A DNA stretch of 64,000 bases, taken from the NCBI GenBank assembly GCA_038087875.1, contig CM075987.1:25360001-25424000 (forward strand), in the 5' to 3' direction. Position numbers and translations under genes: made by a program. Source of the DNA: Malacoraja senta. Its lineage: Eukaryota. The notes beneath the pieces were generated by a model. It was not told the DNA's origin, made no database searches, and saw only the letters and a list, made by a program, of their open reading frames with translations. Of this stretch, positions 35,725-47,881 are shown in pieces (position 1 is the stretch's first letter; every line of letters begins with the position of its first letter).

Positions 35725-36930
35725 AGTTGAAGCTTTATACGGTGCTAACGGGGCCACATTTGGAACATTGTGAGCCGATTTGGGCCCCCCATATCTGAGG
35801 AAGGATGTACTGGTTTTGGAGAGGGTCCAGAGGAGGCTTACAAGAACGATCCTGGGAATTGTTAGGTTAACGTATGAAGAGCGTTTAAGGGCTCTGGACC
35901 TGTACTCGCTGGAGTTTAGAAGGATGAAGAGGGAACCTACCCAATAATGAAGGGCATAGGTGGAGTGGATATGGAGAGGATGTTTCCAGCAATGGGAGAG
36001 TCTAGAATCAGAGGACTCAACCACAGCATAAAAGGACGTATCTTTAGAATGGAGACGAGGAGGGATTTCTTGAGCCAGAGGGTGGCTGTGGAGGCCAAGA
36101 CACTGGGTATTTTTAAAGCAGAGATTGCTAGATTCTTGATTAGTAAGGTCGTCTAAGTTTACAGGGAGAAGGCAGGAGAATGGGGCCGAGAAGGAAAAAT
36201 AGATAGAATAGAATAGAATAGAAACTTTATTTGCCACACGACCAGGGTTGGTGGTAATTGGGTTCGGTACATGATGGTACTGCTTTAGCACATTAACACT
36301 AACAACAATAATAATAAAGCACATCACAAATCACAAATCTCACCAACAATACATAGTGCAAAAGAACAGACAAAAACCATAGACAAGACACTGTATACAT
36401 CAAAGTCAAAAAGTTATTGGAGGGAATTAAGTGTTCTTATTGCTGAGGGGAAGAAACTGTTTTTAAAATGGGTGGATTTTGTAGCATGTGACCTAAGGCG
36501 TCTCCCTGAAGGGAGAGACTGGAAAATGTGGTTTGCTGGATGGGAGGGGTCCGAGATGATCTTTATTGCCCGTTTTGAGGTACGTTGGAGGTAAATGGAA
36601 TGGATTGAGGGGAGGGGAGAGTTGATGATCCTAGAGGCCTTGGAGACAATGCACTGTATTCTGTGTAGTGAGTGACTGTCAGTGTTTCCGTACCAGACTG
36701 TGATTGAGGAGGTGATGATGCTTTCAATGATGGATTGATAGAAGCGTACCAGGAGGTGTTTGTGGACTCTGAACTTCTTGAGCTGTCTGAGGAAGTATAG
36801 GCGTTGTTGTCCTTTCTTAATGATGTGGTCAGCATTGATGTGCCATTTTAGATTTTAGATCACCATTGATTGAATGGTGCAGTAGGCTCGATGGGCTGAA
36901 TGGCCAAATTCTGCTCCTATGTTTTATGAT
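35725..36930 (+). mobile_element. CR1-clade LINE 3' fragment, split by a Rex1 insertion
   Basis: Degenerate ORF2 C-terminus at 35725-36200. The 3' UTR resumes at ~36856. Confidence 0.85.
36204..36858 (-). mobile_element. Rex1/Babar-clade LINE 3' fragment
   Basis: LKWHINADHIIKKGQQRLYFLRQLKKF..FYQSIIESIITSSITVWYG..IISDPSHPANHIFQSLPSGRRLRS..FKNSFFPSAIRTLN, with a (TTCTA)n tail. Confidence 0.9.
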
Positions 36931-36998
36931 AAGGTTGAAGGCTTGCAACTTTGTTCCTTCAGGAATATGTCAAGGTTCTCCTTCTTTAAGGTAAGCAA

Positions 36999-37145
36999 AG
37001 GGCTTGTCCCACTTAGCCGTAATTTGCGCGCTATTTACGCGACCTCCAGAAATGAGGTTATCGCGTTGTGACGCATGGGTAGCATGCGGGTAGCGCGGGA
37101 CGGGCGCATGGAGAGGCGTGGAGGAGTGTGGAGTTGCGCGCGGAA
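36999..37145. mobile_element. One-ended remnant of a PIF/Harbinger-type MITE
   Basis: AGGGCTTGTCCCACTTA terminus plus GC-rich interior. No partner TIR found. Confidence 0.6.
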
Positions 37146-38209
37146 TCCATAGATGCTGCCTCACCCGCGGAGTTTCTCCAGCATTTTTGTCTACCATTGA
37201 AAAATCTTGTTTGCTGCAGCATTACAGGCACATAGTCTCAGCCAAACACCCTCAAAATAATACATTAATTACACCTCAATAGCTAAAAAAAATGTTGGAA
37301 TACAAAGATATCGGTGAAAAACATAATTCGAATAAATAACTCCATGGTAGTGCAAGAAGTGGATCATAGTGTTTCATTGTCTCGGTAGATGTTAGAGCTC
37401 ATACGTTGCCCAACACAAATTGGAGGAACAGCATCTCATATTTCACTTGGGCAGCTTACAACCCAGCGGTATGAATATTAATTCCTCTAACTTCAAGGGA
37501 TATGGGGAGAAGGCAGGAACGGGGTACTGATTCTGGATGAGCAGCCATGATCATATTGAATGGCGGTGCTGACTCAAAGGGCCAAATGGCCTACTCCTGC
37601 ACCTATTTTCTATGTTTCTATGTTTCTCGAATTAGGGTGGTACAGGTTGGTTCAAGAACCTGATAAATGCGGGAAAGTAGCCGTTCCTGAACCTGGTGTT
37701 GTGTGGGACCTCAGGCTTCTATATATTCATGTGTGTGTATACATGTTTACTGCTGCTGCAAGTAAGAATGTCATTGTTCTATCGGGGACTAACGACAATA
37801 AAACACTGAAGAAAGGGTCTCGACCCGAAACGTCACACATTCCTTCTCTCCAGAGATGCTGCCTGTCCCGCTGAGTTACTCCAGCATTTTGTGCCTAACT
37901 TCTGCAGTACATCCGTAGAAGTTTGATAGAATATTTAGAGACGTCAAATCTCTTTAAACTTATAAGAAAGTAGAAATACTGGTGCACCTTCATCCAAGAT
38001 GTTAACGGCAAGGATTTTGAAACTGCTAGCCCCCCCCCCACCACCATCAAAGTGAATATTGACATCAAAGTAAAAATCTACCTTTGTTGGTTATTTTTCT
38101 TTGTTACAAATAGAGGGCACGTTTTGTTTTTGATAAGCATACAAAAACATTAGAACACTAAATCCCACTGCAGAGACACAGATATCACCAATGTATTACA
38201 GGGAGGTCT

Positions 38210-38733
38210 CAGCCAAACACAGATTAGAGGAACAGCATCTCATAGTTTGCTTGGGCAGCTTACACCCCAGCGGTATGAACATTGATTTCTCCAACATCAA
38301 GTAACCATTGCTCCCCTCTCTCTCTCTGTATCCCACCCCCACCCTAGTCATCGTACTAGTTTCACTGTCGTCCTGTTGAGTTTCACTGCCTGTAACTCGT
38401 TATCACCTACCCCACAGCCAGCAATGGACCATTGTGGGCTCCACCTTTCCTTGATCATCGTTGTTTTTTTCCACATCTTTCATTCATTTGTCCTATCTTC
38501 TTCTTCTTAAGCCCTTTGCACCTCTAGGGAGCATAGGCCATTGACAAATGTCCTCCACCTCACTGGGTTGGTGGCAGTTCTTTCGAGATCTCCCCATTGG
38601 TCCTATACAGCTTCTATATCTCCCATTTCCCAATTCCCCCGACTCTCAGTCTGATGAAGAGTTCTTGACCCGAACCGTCACCTATTCCTTTTCTCCAGAG
38701 ATGCTGCCTGTCCAGCACTTTGTTGACTATCTT
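38210..38733 (+). mobile_element. Penelope-like 3' fragment
   Basis: RLEEQHLIVCLGSLHPSGMNIDFSNIK*, 3' UTR and CTGATGAAGAG..GAACCGTC motif. Confidence 0.85.
38497..38599 (-). mobile_element. Short 5'-truncated RTE copy
   Basis: Reverse complement of 35010-35115 including the (GAA)n tail. TSD GTCCTAT at 38490-38496 / 38600-38606. Confidence 0.88.
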
Positions 38734-39800
38734 CAGTCTCAGACGATGATGGTTTAGTTCATTCCATTCTCAAAATGCATTGACAAGAGCTGACAAAGGA
38801 AAAACATGTCTCTAAAGGTTTAGAAAATAGGGATATTATGCCATCATAACTCTCGAAACAAACAAGTTTCGAAGGAGCAGTGAAACCATTTGCAACATTT
38901 ATTTAAATACGGAACAGAAAAGTTGGAACATTGCAATATTTATTTCAATAAATGAAGAGATGAATTCCACACAACTCTGATTAAATTGTGTTTTATATTG
39001 CAGCAACACCTTTAGTCAAATGTAAATCTCCATTATCTATCCAAGCTCTGTTTCACAGAAAAATGATCTTCCAAATTATATGTTTTTCATCTCCTTAGTG
39101 TAGCGAGCGTGGTAGTTTGAGAAACGACTCAGACACGATCCCTTGATTGCAAAATGTGGAGAAATCTATGTCCAGCATTTTCTTCGCACAGTGTGCAATT
39201 ATACCACAATGATTGCAACGTCCGATTTTTTTTCTGAACTGCGGTAATAGTTTGAAACACTCAATTTAACAAACAACGTCCATTTACAAGCTTTAATAAA
39301 GCCAATGTCCAAATGTTTTAGTCAGCACCGTCAACTGTGAAGAAGGGTCGCGACCTGAAACGTCACTTATCCATGTTTCCCAGAGCCGCCGCCTGGCCTG
39401 ACGAGTTGCTCCCGCACTTTGTACGCAGGATGGAGCTGCAGATGCTGGTTTAAACCGAAGATTGAAACAAAAAGCTGGAGTAACCCAGCGGGACGGAGAA
39501 AAGGTATTCACGAGAGAGTTAGATATAATTCTTAGGGCTAACGTAATCAAGGTATATGGTGAGAAAGCTGGAACAGGCTACTGATTTTGGATGATCAACC
39601 ATGATCATATTGAATGGTGGTGCTGGCTCGAAGGGCCAAATGGCCAACTCCGCCACCTATTTGCTATGTTTCTATGGTTTTATGGTTCTATGAATGGGTG
39701 ACGTTTTGGGTGAAGAAGGGTCTCGACCCGAAACGTCACCTATTCCTTTTCTCCAGAGGTGCTCCCTGACCCGCTGAGTTACTCCAGCCTTTTGTGTCTA

Positions 39801-40383
39801 TGTTACGACTCCCGAATGCAGGTACTTCAGAGCCGCGTAACATAATTCAAAAACCAGGTTCAAGTTCAAAAATAGTTTTAATTATTCAATGGAACACAAA
39901 ACCCAAACCTGATTCAAACAACCCAGTCAGGGATATGGATGGACTGACAAACAATTTAACAGTGCTCCAGCCAGCCACGTGATGGACCGTCGAACCGGAG
40001 ACTCTAAAACCTGCCTAAAGAAATATAACCCTGAAACAAAATACACGAAAACACTAAGGTCAGCCCTTATCCGTCTCAATTCAATATTTGTTAATAAGTA
40101 ATGGTGAAAGTACACAAAGTTCTATGCCAGGTGGCCAGGCCTTCCGCAGCTCATTCCAGCAGTCAGCTCACAAGTCAGGGTCGACGAAGAAGAGAGAGAA
40201 TCCTGGGAGACTCTGGTATTTAAGCTTCAGATGAGTCACCCGTCACCTGACGCAGCTTGGCCAATCGGGTACAGGAGCCTTTTAACCCCTTGATTCCAGA
40301 CTCACAGCCACAAGGCCTGCACTCGGGAAAGAAACAGAGAAAGGTAAGTACATAGCATTCACCAGGGGGGGAAGCGCCTAACA
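39801..40383 (-). mobile_element. Solo LTR (583 bp)
   Basis: TGTTA..TAACA termini and 5-bp TSD GTCTA (39796-39800 / 40384-40388). Removal restores the Penelope-end TTTTGTGTCTATCTTC. Strand inferred from minus-strand TTAAATA (~40217-40223) and ATTAAA (~39877-39882). Confidence 0.85.
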
Positions 40384-40445
40384 GTCTATCTTCTGTCAAT
40401 CTTTCCGTTGCCATTGTCAATGATAGACTTTAGAGCTTTCAGTTA

Positions 40446-41048
40446 AAGGCCTGTCTCACGAGTCTGCGGTCTATGGCGGCGAAACGGGAGGAATCTGCCG
40501 CCATAGACCGCGCACTCGTGAGAAAGTACAATTCCCGGGCCGTGCGGCGGTGTTCCCAACACGGCGCGGTGCTAAAATAAAATCGACAATGTCCAAAACT
40601 AAATACTCACCGCACAACCTCCACCAGTGATGCACAAGTGCGGCACGGCCGCTCGCACGGGCCGCCGCCAGTGTGGCTCGAGCGCCGTGCGTCAAACCTC
40701 CACTGCCACAGCCTCCGCCAGTGAGGCACGTGCCGCCGCCAGTGACGCACGTGTGCTGCACGGCCGCAGGCACAGCCACCGCTACAGCGCCGCGATCAGG
40801 ATGGCCGCCGCCACAGCCGCCGCTGTTGAGTCACGTGCGGCGGGCCGACGTCATCGCAGTCGGCCCGCCCTTTTTTTACTTACCGCAAGCACGTGGGACC
40901 CGCCGTGTTTGAATTAACTCGGCCCCGCGCAGCATCCGTGCGGCGCTCCGGTGGATAGGCTCGATGCTCTCGCCGTTGCCGCGCGGTCCTCGCTACCAGC
41001 GACGCCGCGCTTCACCGCCGATGACCGCAAACAGGTAAGACAGAGCCT
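40446..41048. mobile_element. PIF/Harbinger-type MITE, family F (CpG-rich)
   Basis: AAGGCCTGTCTCACGAGTCTGCGGTC / GACCGCAAACAGGTAAGACAGAGCCT, with TTA on both flanks. Confidence 0.75.
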
Positions 41049-41579
41049 TTATGTTTGGAAATTCTTCAACCGTGACAGCCAAAGCATCATTTTAATTATT
41101 CAATTATTGACCATGCACATTGAAAGGCTATTAGAAAACAAAGCACACTGCTGTAAATCACATTTGAGTGTTGCACTCTTGAATGGCATCAGTACAACAC
41201 AGAACTGTGCAGAAGATAGACTCAAAGTGCTGGAGTAATTCAACGGGTCAGGCACCACTTCTGGAGCAAAAGGATGGGTGACGTTTTGGGTTGGAACCCT
41301 TCTTCAGACTGATGTCTCCCCAGTTGAAGAAGGGTTCCACCCAAAGGATGCTGCCCGACCTGCTGAGTTATTCCAACGCTGTGTGTCTATCTTCCTCTGG
41401 AGTTCTTTCCTACACATAGAACAGAACAGCGCAGAAACAGGCACTGTCTGTGCCGAACATGATCTCAATTCAATGATCAATTCTGTTTGCATGTCTTCCA
41501 TATCTCTTCATATTTATGTGCCCTTCTAAAAGCCCCTTAAACACCGCTGTCATCTCTGCTTGCACCACCAGGTCCAAAG

Positions 41580-41896
41580 GGGAGCACGATGGCGCAGCGG
41601 TAGAGTTGTTGCCTTATACTGCTTGCAGCGCCAGAGTCCCGGGTTCGATCCTGACTACAGGTGCTGTCTGTACGGAGTTTGTACGTTCTCCCCGAGACTT
41701 GCATGGGTTTTCTCCGAGATCTTCGGTTTCCTCCCACACGCCAAAGACGTACAGGTTCGTAGGTTAATTGCCTTGGTGTATGTGTAAAATTGTCCTGAGT
41801 GTGTGCAGGATAGTGTTAATGTGCGGGGATCACTGGTTGGTGTGGACTCGGTGGGCCAAAGTGCCTGTTTCCGCACTGTAACTCTAAAAAAACTAA
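41580..41896 (+). mobile_element. tRNA-derived V-SINE, full length
   Basis: A box TGGCGCAGCGG, B box GGTTCGATCC, central domain and 3' end. Confidence 0.92.
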
Positions 41897-41927
41897 TACC
41901 CTACCTTGACTTGCCTCCATTGCCTAA

Positions 41928-42246
41928 TAGCCCTGTCCCACTGTACTAGTTCATTCAAGAGCTCTCCCGAGTTTAAAAAAAAAACCAGACTCGTGGTAAG
42001 TACGTAGAATGTACGTAGCGGGTACTTCGGAGCTTGGGGACGTCTCTTAGCGGCTCGTAACGCTAATGGTAGGTACTCGGGAAACGCGGTAAGCTCGGGA
42101 AGGCTCGTGAAGGTTTTTCAGCGCGTTGAAAAATGTCCACGAGAGCCCCGAGTACCTACGAGCGGCCATTACCATAAATCTCCGAGTTTGAATGAAGGCA
42201 AACTCGGGAGAACTCTTGAATGAACTCGCACAGTGAGACAGGGCTT
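41928..42246. mobile_element. PIF/Harbinger-type MITE, family B
   Basis: TAGCCCTGTCCCAC..GTGAGACAGGGCTT, exact TAA TSD. Reverse orientation relative to 19606 and 53040. Confidence 0.92.
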
Positions 42247-42816
42247 TAAGGATTAAATTTATGGCAATGAATTGTAGATGTCACAGCTAACTGATATGAA
42301 TACCGTGTTTAGCATAAATCTGGAACACTAGAATTCAACTCCAGGCTCCGATCTGAAACAGTGCATATATAAGAACCCTCTATAAAATTTGGAGCAATAT
42401 AAAGTGACAATCTGCCTACATTCCTGTCGTCATCGCCGCACTCTTCAAACATTTCCCTCTGCTGAGTACCGTGTGTCTGTCGCTGTTTCCAAGATGCATG
42501 TGACAGCTTACATTTTGAAACCTGAAAGTTTTCAACTAATTGCATGTTAGATTGTCTTCACAAAATCTGCTAAAGAAGGCTAAAGTGTTTAAATTGGTAA
42601 ATGGAACATGTTGATGGATGACTCCCCAGGGGTTTATCGCAACTCTGAGTGTATTTCCATTATCCTACACCTCTCCCCACCACGCGTTTTGAAGCTTGTC
42701 GGCAGCAGTGGGGTCACACTGTAAACAACCAGTGTCGACACTTAAAAAAAATATCCATACATCGCCAAATTTATATCCGTCGTTAAAGTGGCAAAGCATT
42801 GTTCAAAATCCTGAAT

Positions 42817-43215
42817 GTTTAAGAAGGGAACTGCAGATGCTGGAAAATCGAAGGTAGACAAAAATGCTGGAGAAACTCAGCGGGTGCGGCAGCATCTATG
42901 GAGCGAAGGAAATAGGCAACGTTTAGGGCCAAAACCCTTCTTCAGACGAAGTCTGAAGAAGGGTTTCGGCCCTAAATGTTGCCTATTTCCTTCGCTCCAT
43001 AGACGAAGTCTGAAGAAGGGTTTCGGCCCTAAATGTTGCCTATTTCCTTCGCTCCATAGACGAAGTCTGAAGAAGGGTTTCGGCCCTAAATGTTGCCTAT
43101 TTCCTTCGCTCCATAGACGAAGCCTGGAGAAGGGTTTCGGCCCTAAATGTTGCCAATTTCCTTCACTCCATAGATGCTGCCTCACCCGCTAAGTTTCTCC
43201 AGCATTTTTGTCTAC
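42817..43215. mobile_element. TSD-flanked Penelope-end fold-back with internal 4 x 57-bp tandem array
   Basis: Direct repeat GT(T/A)CAAAATCCTGAAT at 42801-42816 / 43216-43231. Tandem units start at 42944, 43001, 43058 and 43115. Confidence 0.9.
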
Positions 43216-44259
43216 GTACAAAATCCTGAATTTTTTTTTCACGCAAAGGGTGGTGGGAGTATGGAACGAGCTGCCGGAGGAGGTAGTTGAGACAGGGACT
43301 ATCGCTACGTTTTAAGAAACAATTAGACAGGTACATGTACAGGACTGGTTTCTTTTTAATTTTTTTTAATTTTTTTATTTTTTCAATATTTTTATTTTAT
43401 TAGAAGTAAGTACAATCATATGGCACCAAAGTGCCTAATATATAATGACTTAATACATTTTATGTACAGCCTCTTATTTTTTTTAACGTTTTTCTATCTT
43501 TTACTATCTACTTTCTTTTTTCTTATTCTTCTTTATTATAATTTAAAAAAGGAAGCTGGACAGGACTGATTTCGAGGGATATGGGTACAATGATAGGTTT
43601 GGAGGGATAGGGCAGGTGGGACTAGTGTAGATGGGACATCTTTACTAGAAATAGCACGGAGCACCAGAGCTGAATGAACGATCTGGAATCAATCTGGTGA
43701 TAAACTCTTGATGTGCAAGTTCAATGGAATTAAGTAAGTAAGTAAGTTTATTGGCCAAGTATTCACATACAAGGAATTTGCCTTGGTGCTCCGTCCAAAA
43801 GTAGCACCAAGGCAAATTCCTTGTATGTGAATTCTTGGCCAATAATCATCCTTACTTATCTCTGAAAATTATGTCTTGCTGCGACCAGTTTGTTTTTTGT
43901 CAAGAACGTATTGAACGTCAAGAACTGAGTTGGATGATCAGCCATGATCATATTGAATGGCGGTGCAGGCCCGAAGGGCCGAATGGCCTACTGCTGCACC
44001 TATTTTCCATGTTTCTACGTATTCAATTACAACACAAATAAGTAACACAAAAAACACAAATCACCGTTTCTATTTCTTCAGACATCAACCAGATCTATGA
44101 TCACACTGAAGAAACTCATCACATTGACTTTAAAAACACCTTCAGTCATTCACAACGAATTTCCACAGCATCTTTGAGTAATGTGTATGTAAAATCTTTT
44201 AAACTCATACAAATAGGTTGAAGGCATTTGAGCAACGGAGTTTAAACGTCACGGCAACA

Positions 44260-45625
44260 GGGCGGTGCGGTAGCGCAGCGGTAGAGTTGCTGCCTGACAG
44301 CGCCAGAGACCCGGGTTCGATCCTGATTATGGGTGCTATCTGTACGGAGTTTGCACGTTCTCCCTGTGACCGCATGTGTTTTCTCCGGGTGCTCCGGTTT
44401 CCTTTCACACTCCAAAGACGTACAGGTTTGTAGGTTAATTTGGCTTCGGTAAAAATTGTAAATTGCCCCTCAGTAGCAATGTTACAACATTTTGAGATTT
44501 AAAAAATAAAGTCTGCAATTTATCCCATCAGATAAAGCATAAAAAGAAGTTTAATTTGACACTTAATTCACTTTCATATCTTCAGTATTAAAAAAGTTAT
44601 GGCCATTTTCATACTCAGAAATTAGCATCTAGTTCCCTATTGCTTTTCCATTGACTTAACACAAAAGCTGTGATCGAGGACAGTTAAAAGCCCATAACTT
44701 TCTTAAAAATTATGATAACTGAAAGAAATTTTCAGTTATTATAGATTGAAGCATTCAGAAACAAATATGAAACAATCTTACTTCGAAGACATGAAAGTAA
44801 AGCATATAATTAGTTAGTTACCTAATTGTAGCTAATTACAAAATTCAATTACTAGATCTAAACATCTATCAATTTCTTAAGAATAGATTAACATTTTTAA
44901 ATAGCCTAAGTGTCCAAATAACATTCACACAATAATTCACAATATAACATAATTTTTAAATCTAATTTTCATGAATTTACAGGCCAAATGGAAGGAATTG
45001 AATGTTTAATACCTGTAAATTAATGGGCATTTAATTCATCTTGTGAGTGAGGATTTCTGGAACGCGATCTTTTGGAACGTTGATTTGCGGTGAATTTAAC
45101 CCCGTATTGGCATGAAAACTACTGCCGTTAATTCGGGGAATAAAATCACCGTGTCGCATGAAAAAATGTGAAAAAATGTGAATTAAAGGCTTCTTAAGAA
45201 GCACTTTTATACATTTAAAGAAACCACTTTCGTTTACCTGTCCCATGCGTGAAATCCGTCCCCGTTATCGGCTTCAGGAGCTGATTTTAAAATTACTCTA
45301 GCGCTGACATTGACGATTTAATAAAAATAAAAAATTCACAAATCGCCACTAGGAACGATTTGTCAGCCAACGCTTGTACTCCAACAAAATATTAACCAGG
45401 ACAAGGGAGGAGAAACCCGCGTTTTAACCCCCCCCCCCTTAAAGGCGCCAAAATCGCGCACACGGCCAGTGGCAGAATTACAGCGCGACTGAAGGTACGT
45501 TTTGTAACATACCTACTGTCACAGTGTGCAGTATAGTGTTAATGTACGGGGATCGTGGTCGGTGCGAACTCGGTTGGCTAAAGGGTCTATATCCGCACGG
45601 TATCTCTAAATTAAACTAAACTAAT
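44260..45625 (+). mobile_element. tRNA-derived V-SINE split by a 1-kb TIR element
   Basis: SINE 5' two-thirds at 44260-44470. The 3' part resumes at 45519-45625 with a (CTAAA)n tail. Confidence 0.88.
44471..45518. mobile_element. Non-autonomous DNA transposon (1048 bp), superfamily unresolved
   Basis: Imperfect 17-bp TIRs CAGTAGCAATGTTACAA / TTGTAACATACCTACTG. Interrupts a SINE. No long ORF and no clear TSD. Confidence 0.78.
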
Positions 45626-45706
45626 CATCCACAACGTAAAGATGTGTGCTTTGTCAAAACACAATTCACTCAAGAAAATGTAATTTGGTGCAGGCAGGAG
45701 TGTTTA

Positions 45707-46144
45707 TCTTGTACTCGCTAGAATTTAGAAGATTGAGGGGGGATCTTATAGAAACGTACAAAATTCTTAAGGGGTTGGACAGGTTAGATGCAGGAAGATT
45801 GTTCCCGATGTTGGGAAGTCCAGGACAAGGGGTCACAGTTTAAGGATAAGGGGGAAATCTTTTAGGACCGAGATGAGAAAATCATTTTTTACACAGAGAG
45901 TGGTGAATCTGTGGAATTCTCTGCCACAGAATGTAGTTGAGGCCAGTTCATTGGCTATATTTAAGAGGGAGTTAGATGTGGCCCTTGTGGCTAAAGGTAT
46001 CAGGGGGTATGGAGAGAAGGCAGGTACAGGATACTGAGTTGGATGATCAGCCACGATCATATTGAATGGCGGTGCAGGCTCGAAGGGCCGAATGGCCTAC
46101 TCCTGCACCTATTTTCTATGTTTCTATGTTTCTATGTTTCTATG
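45707..46144 (+). mobile_element. CR1-clade LINE 3' fragment (young)
   Basis: Near-identical to 6936-7358, with a (TTTCTATG)n tail. Confidence 0.95.
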
Positions 46145-47504
46145 AGCACACCATCGAACATAGAACTGTACCGCACAGGAACATGGCCTTTGGGCCACAA
46201 TGTCTGAGCCAAAAATGATGCCGTCCATCTAATCTGCTCTGCCTGCATATGATCCATGTCCGCCGATTTCCTGCATATCCATGCGCCTATCCAGAAGCCT
46301 CTTAAATGCCATTTCCCTACCTACTTCCACCACCACCCCTGGTGGGGTTCCAGGCACCCACCACTCTCCGTGTGAAAGGGCCTGTCGCACACATTGTGTG
46401 CAGGAAAGAACTGCAGATGCTGGTTTAAATCGAAGGTAGACACAAAATGCTGGTGTAACCCAGCGGGACAGGCAGCATCTCTGGGGAGAAGGAATGGGTG
46501 ACGTTTCGGGTCGAGACCCTTCTTCAGACTGTCTGTCCGCCAGCATTGCAACAATTTAATAAAATGGACATCTTGCGAGATGACTTCACCAATCAGTTCA
46601 CAATCAATGGCAGGCACATGTGGGACAGATAAACATCTGGTTTCCTTCCCTGAAGGATGTTAGACACCTGTTAGATTTTTATCATAATCTGATGAAACAT
46701 CAATCTTACTTTAAGTGACAGGAGCTGTATATTTACAATTTGTTTGAAGTGAATACAAATTTACCAATTAACAGAATTTCATGTGGTTCCAATTTCATAA
46801 GTTCATGTCCTAAGTTTGAGGAGCAGAATTAGGCCATTCGGCCCATCAAGTCTACTCCATCCTTCAATCAAGGCTGATCTATCTTTCGCTCTCAACCCCA
46901 TTCTCCTGCCTTCTCCCCATAACCTGCAGATGTTATCAATAACCAAAGGTCTGTAGCCTCCTTTCGCTCTAGTATTTTATTTCATTCACATGTTAAAACT
47001 ATAATGTTTTATTATTAATGTTTAATGTTTTATGTGTCATTCTTAATTGTTTACTGTATGTGGTGTTGTTACTTGCGAGCGGAGCACCAAGGCAAATTCC
47101 TTGTATGTGAACATACTTGGCCAATAAACTTATTCATTCTTCTCCTTACGCTGGTTTGTATAAAGATAGATGCAAAATGCTGGAGTAACTCAGTGGGCCA
47201 GGCAGCATGTCTGGATAAAAAAAGATTAGGTGATTTTCCTGGTTGGAATCGGTGACATTCCAACCCAGATCATCTCCTATTCTTTTTTCGTCCCATCTGA
47301 AGAAGGGTTCCATCTCTGGAGAAAAATAACAGGAAACATTTCAGGTTGGAACGTCACCAATTCCAACCCGGGAGGGCAATTATTATATTTCTCCAGAGAT
47401 GCTGCCTGATCCGCTGGGCATTTTGTTTCTATACTTGGCTTGCTTTTTGGTCAGACTTCCCATGAAATCCGTAAAAGGTAATCGAGTTTCACTGCACCTC
47501 ACAA

Positions 47505-47782
47505 TAAAATACAATACAATACAATACAAATGTATTGTCATTTGAACCTCAAAAGAAGTTCAAACGAAATTTGGTTTCTGCAGTCATACAACAAGAAAAG
47601 AACCAAGACACACAACCAACACAATTTACACAAACATCCATCACAGTGAATCTCCTTCTCACTGTGAAGGAAGGCAAAGTCTTGTCTCTCCCCTGTGTTC
47701 CATTCTTCTCCCGATGTTAAAGCCCCCAGCGGGCGATGGCAAGTCCCGCGGACGTTAAGGTCGTGCCGGGTGATGCAAGGTA
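47505..47782 (-). repeat. Unclassified retroposon 3' portion with (TATTG)n tail
   Basis: Minus strand ends ..AAATTTCGTTTGAACTTC..GGTTCAAATGACAATACATTTG(TATTG)n, a stem-loop plus microsatellite tail. Confidence 0.55.
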
Positions 47783-47881
47783 ATTGGTACATGTGACAAT
47801 AAACAGACCTGGAAACCTTGGCCGTGAAACCTTGAAAATGAGCCGTACAAAGAGATCTTCAGAATGAGGAGGGGAACGTAA

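Noticed and set aside
40210..40350. Host gene promoter and first exon
   Set aside because: Lies wholly inside a TSD-flanked TG..CA solo LTR, so it is reported there instead.
42420..42531. Possible minus-strand exon (TTTCAG..GTAGGC)
   Set aside because: Poor pyrimidine tract, weak donor and unrecognisable peptides.
42944..43171. Regular repeat array resembling CRISPR, and its 19-aa repeat ORFs
   Set aside because: Units are contiguous with no unique spacers, there are no cas genes, and the context is eukaryotic. The ORFs reflect the 57-bp period.
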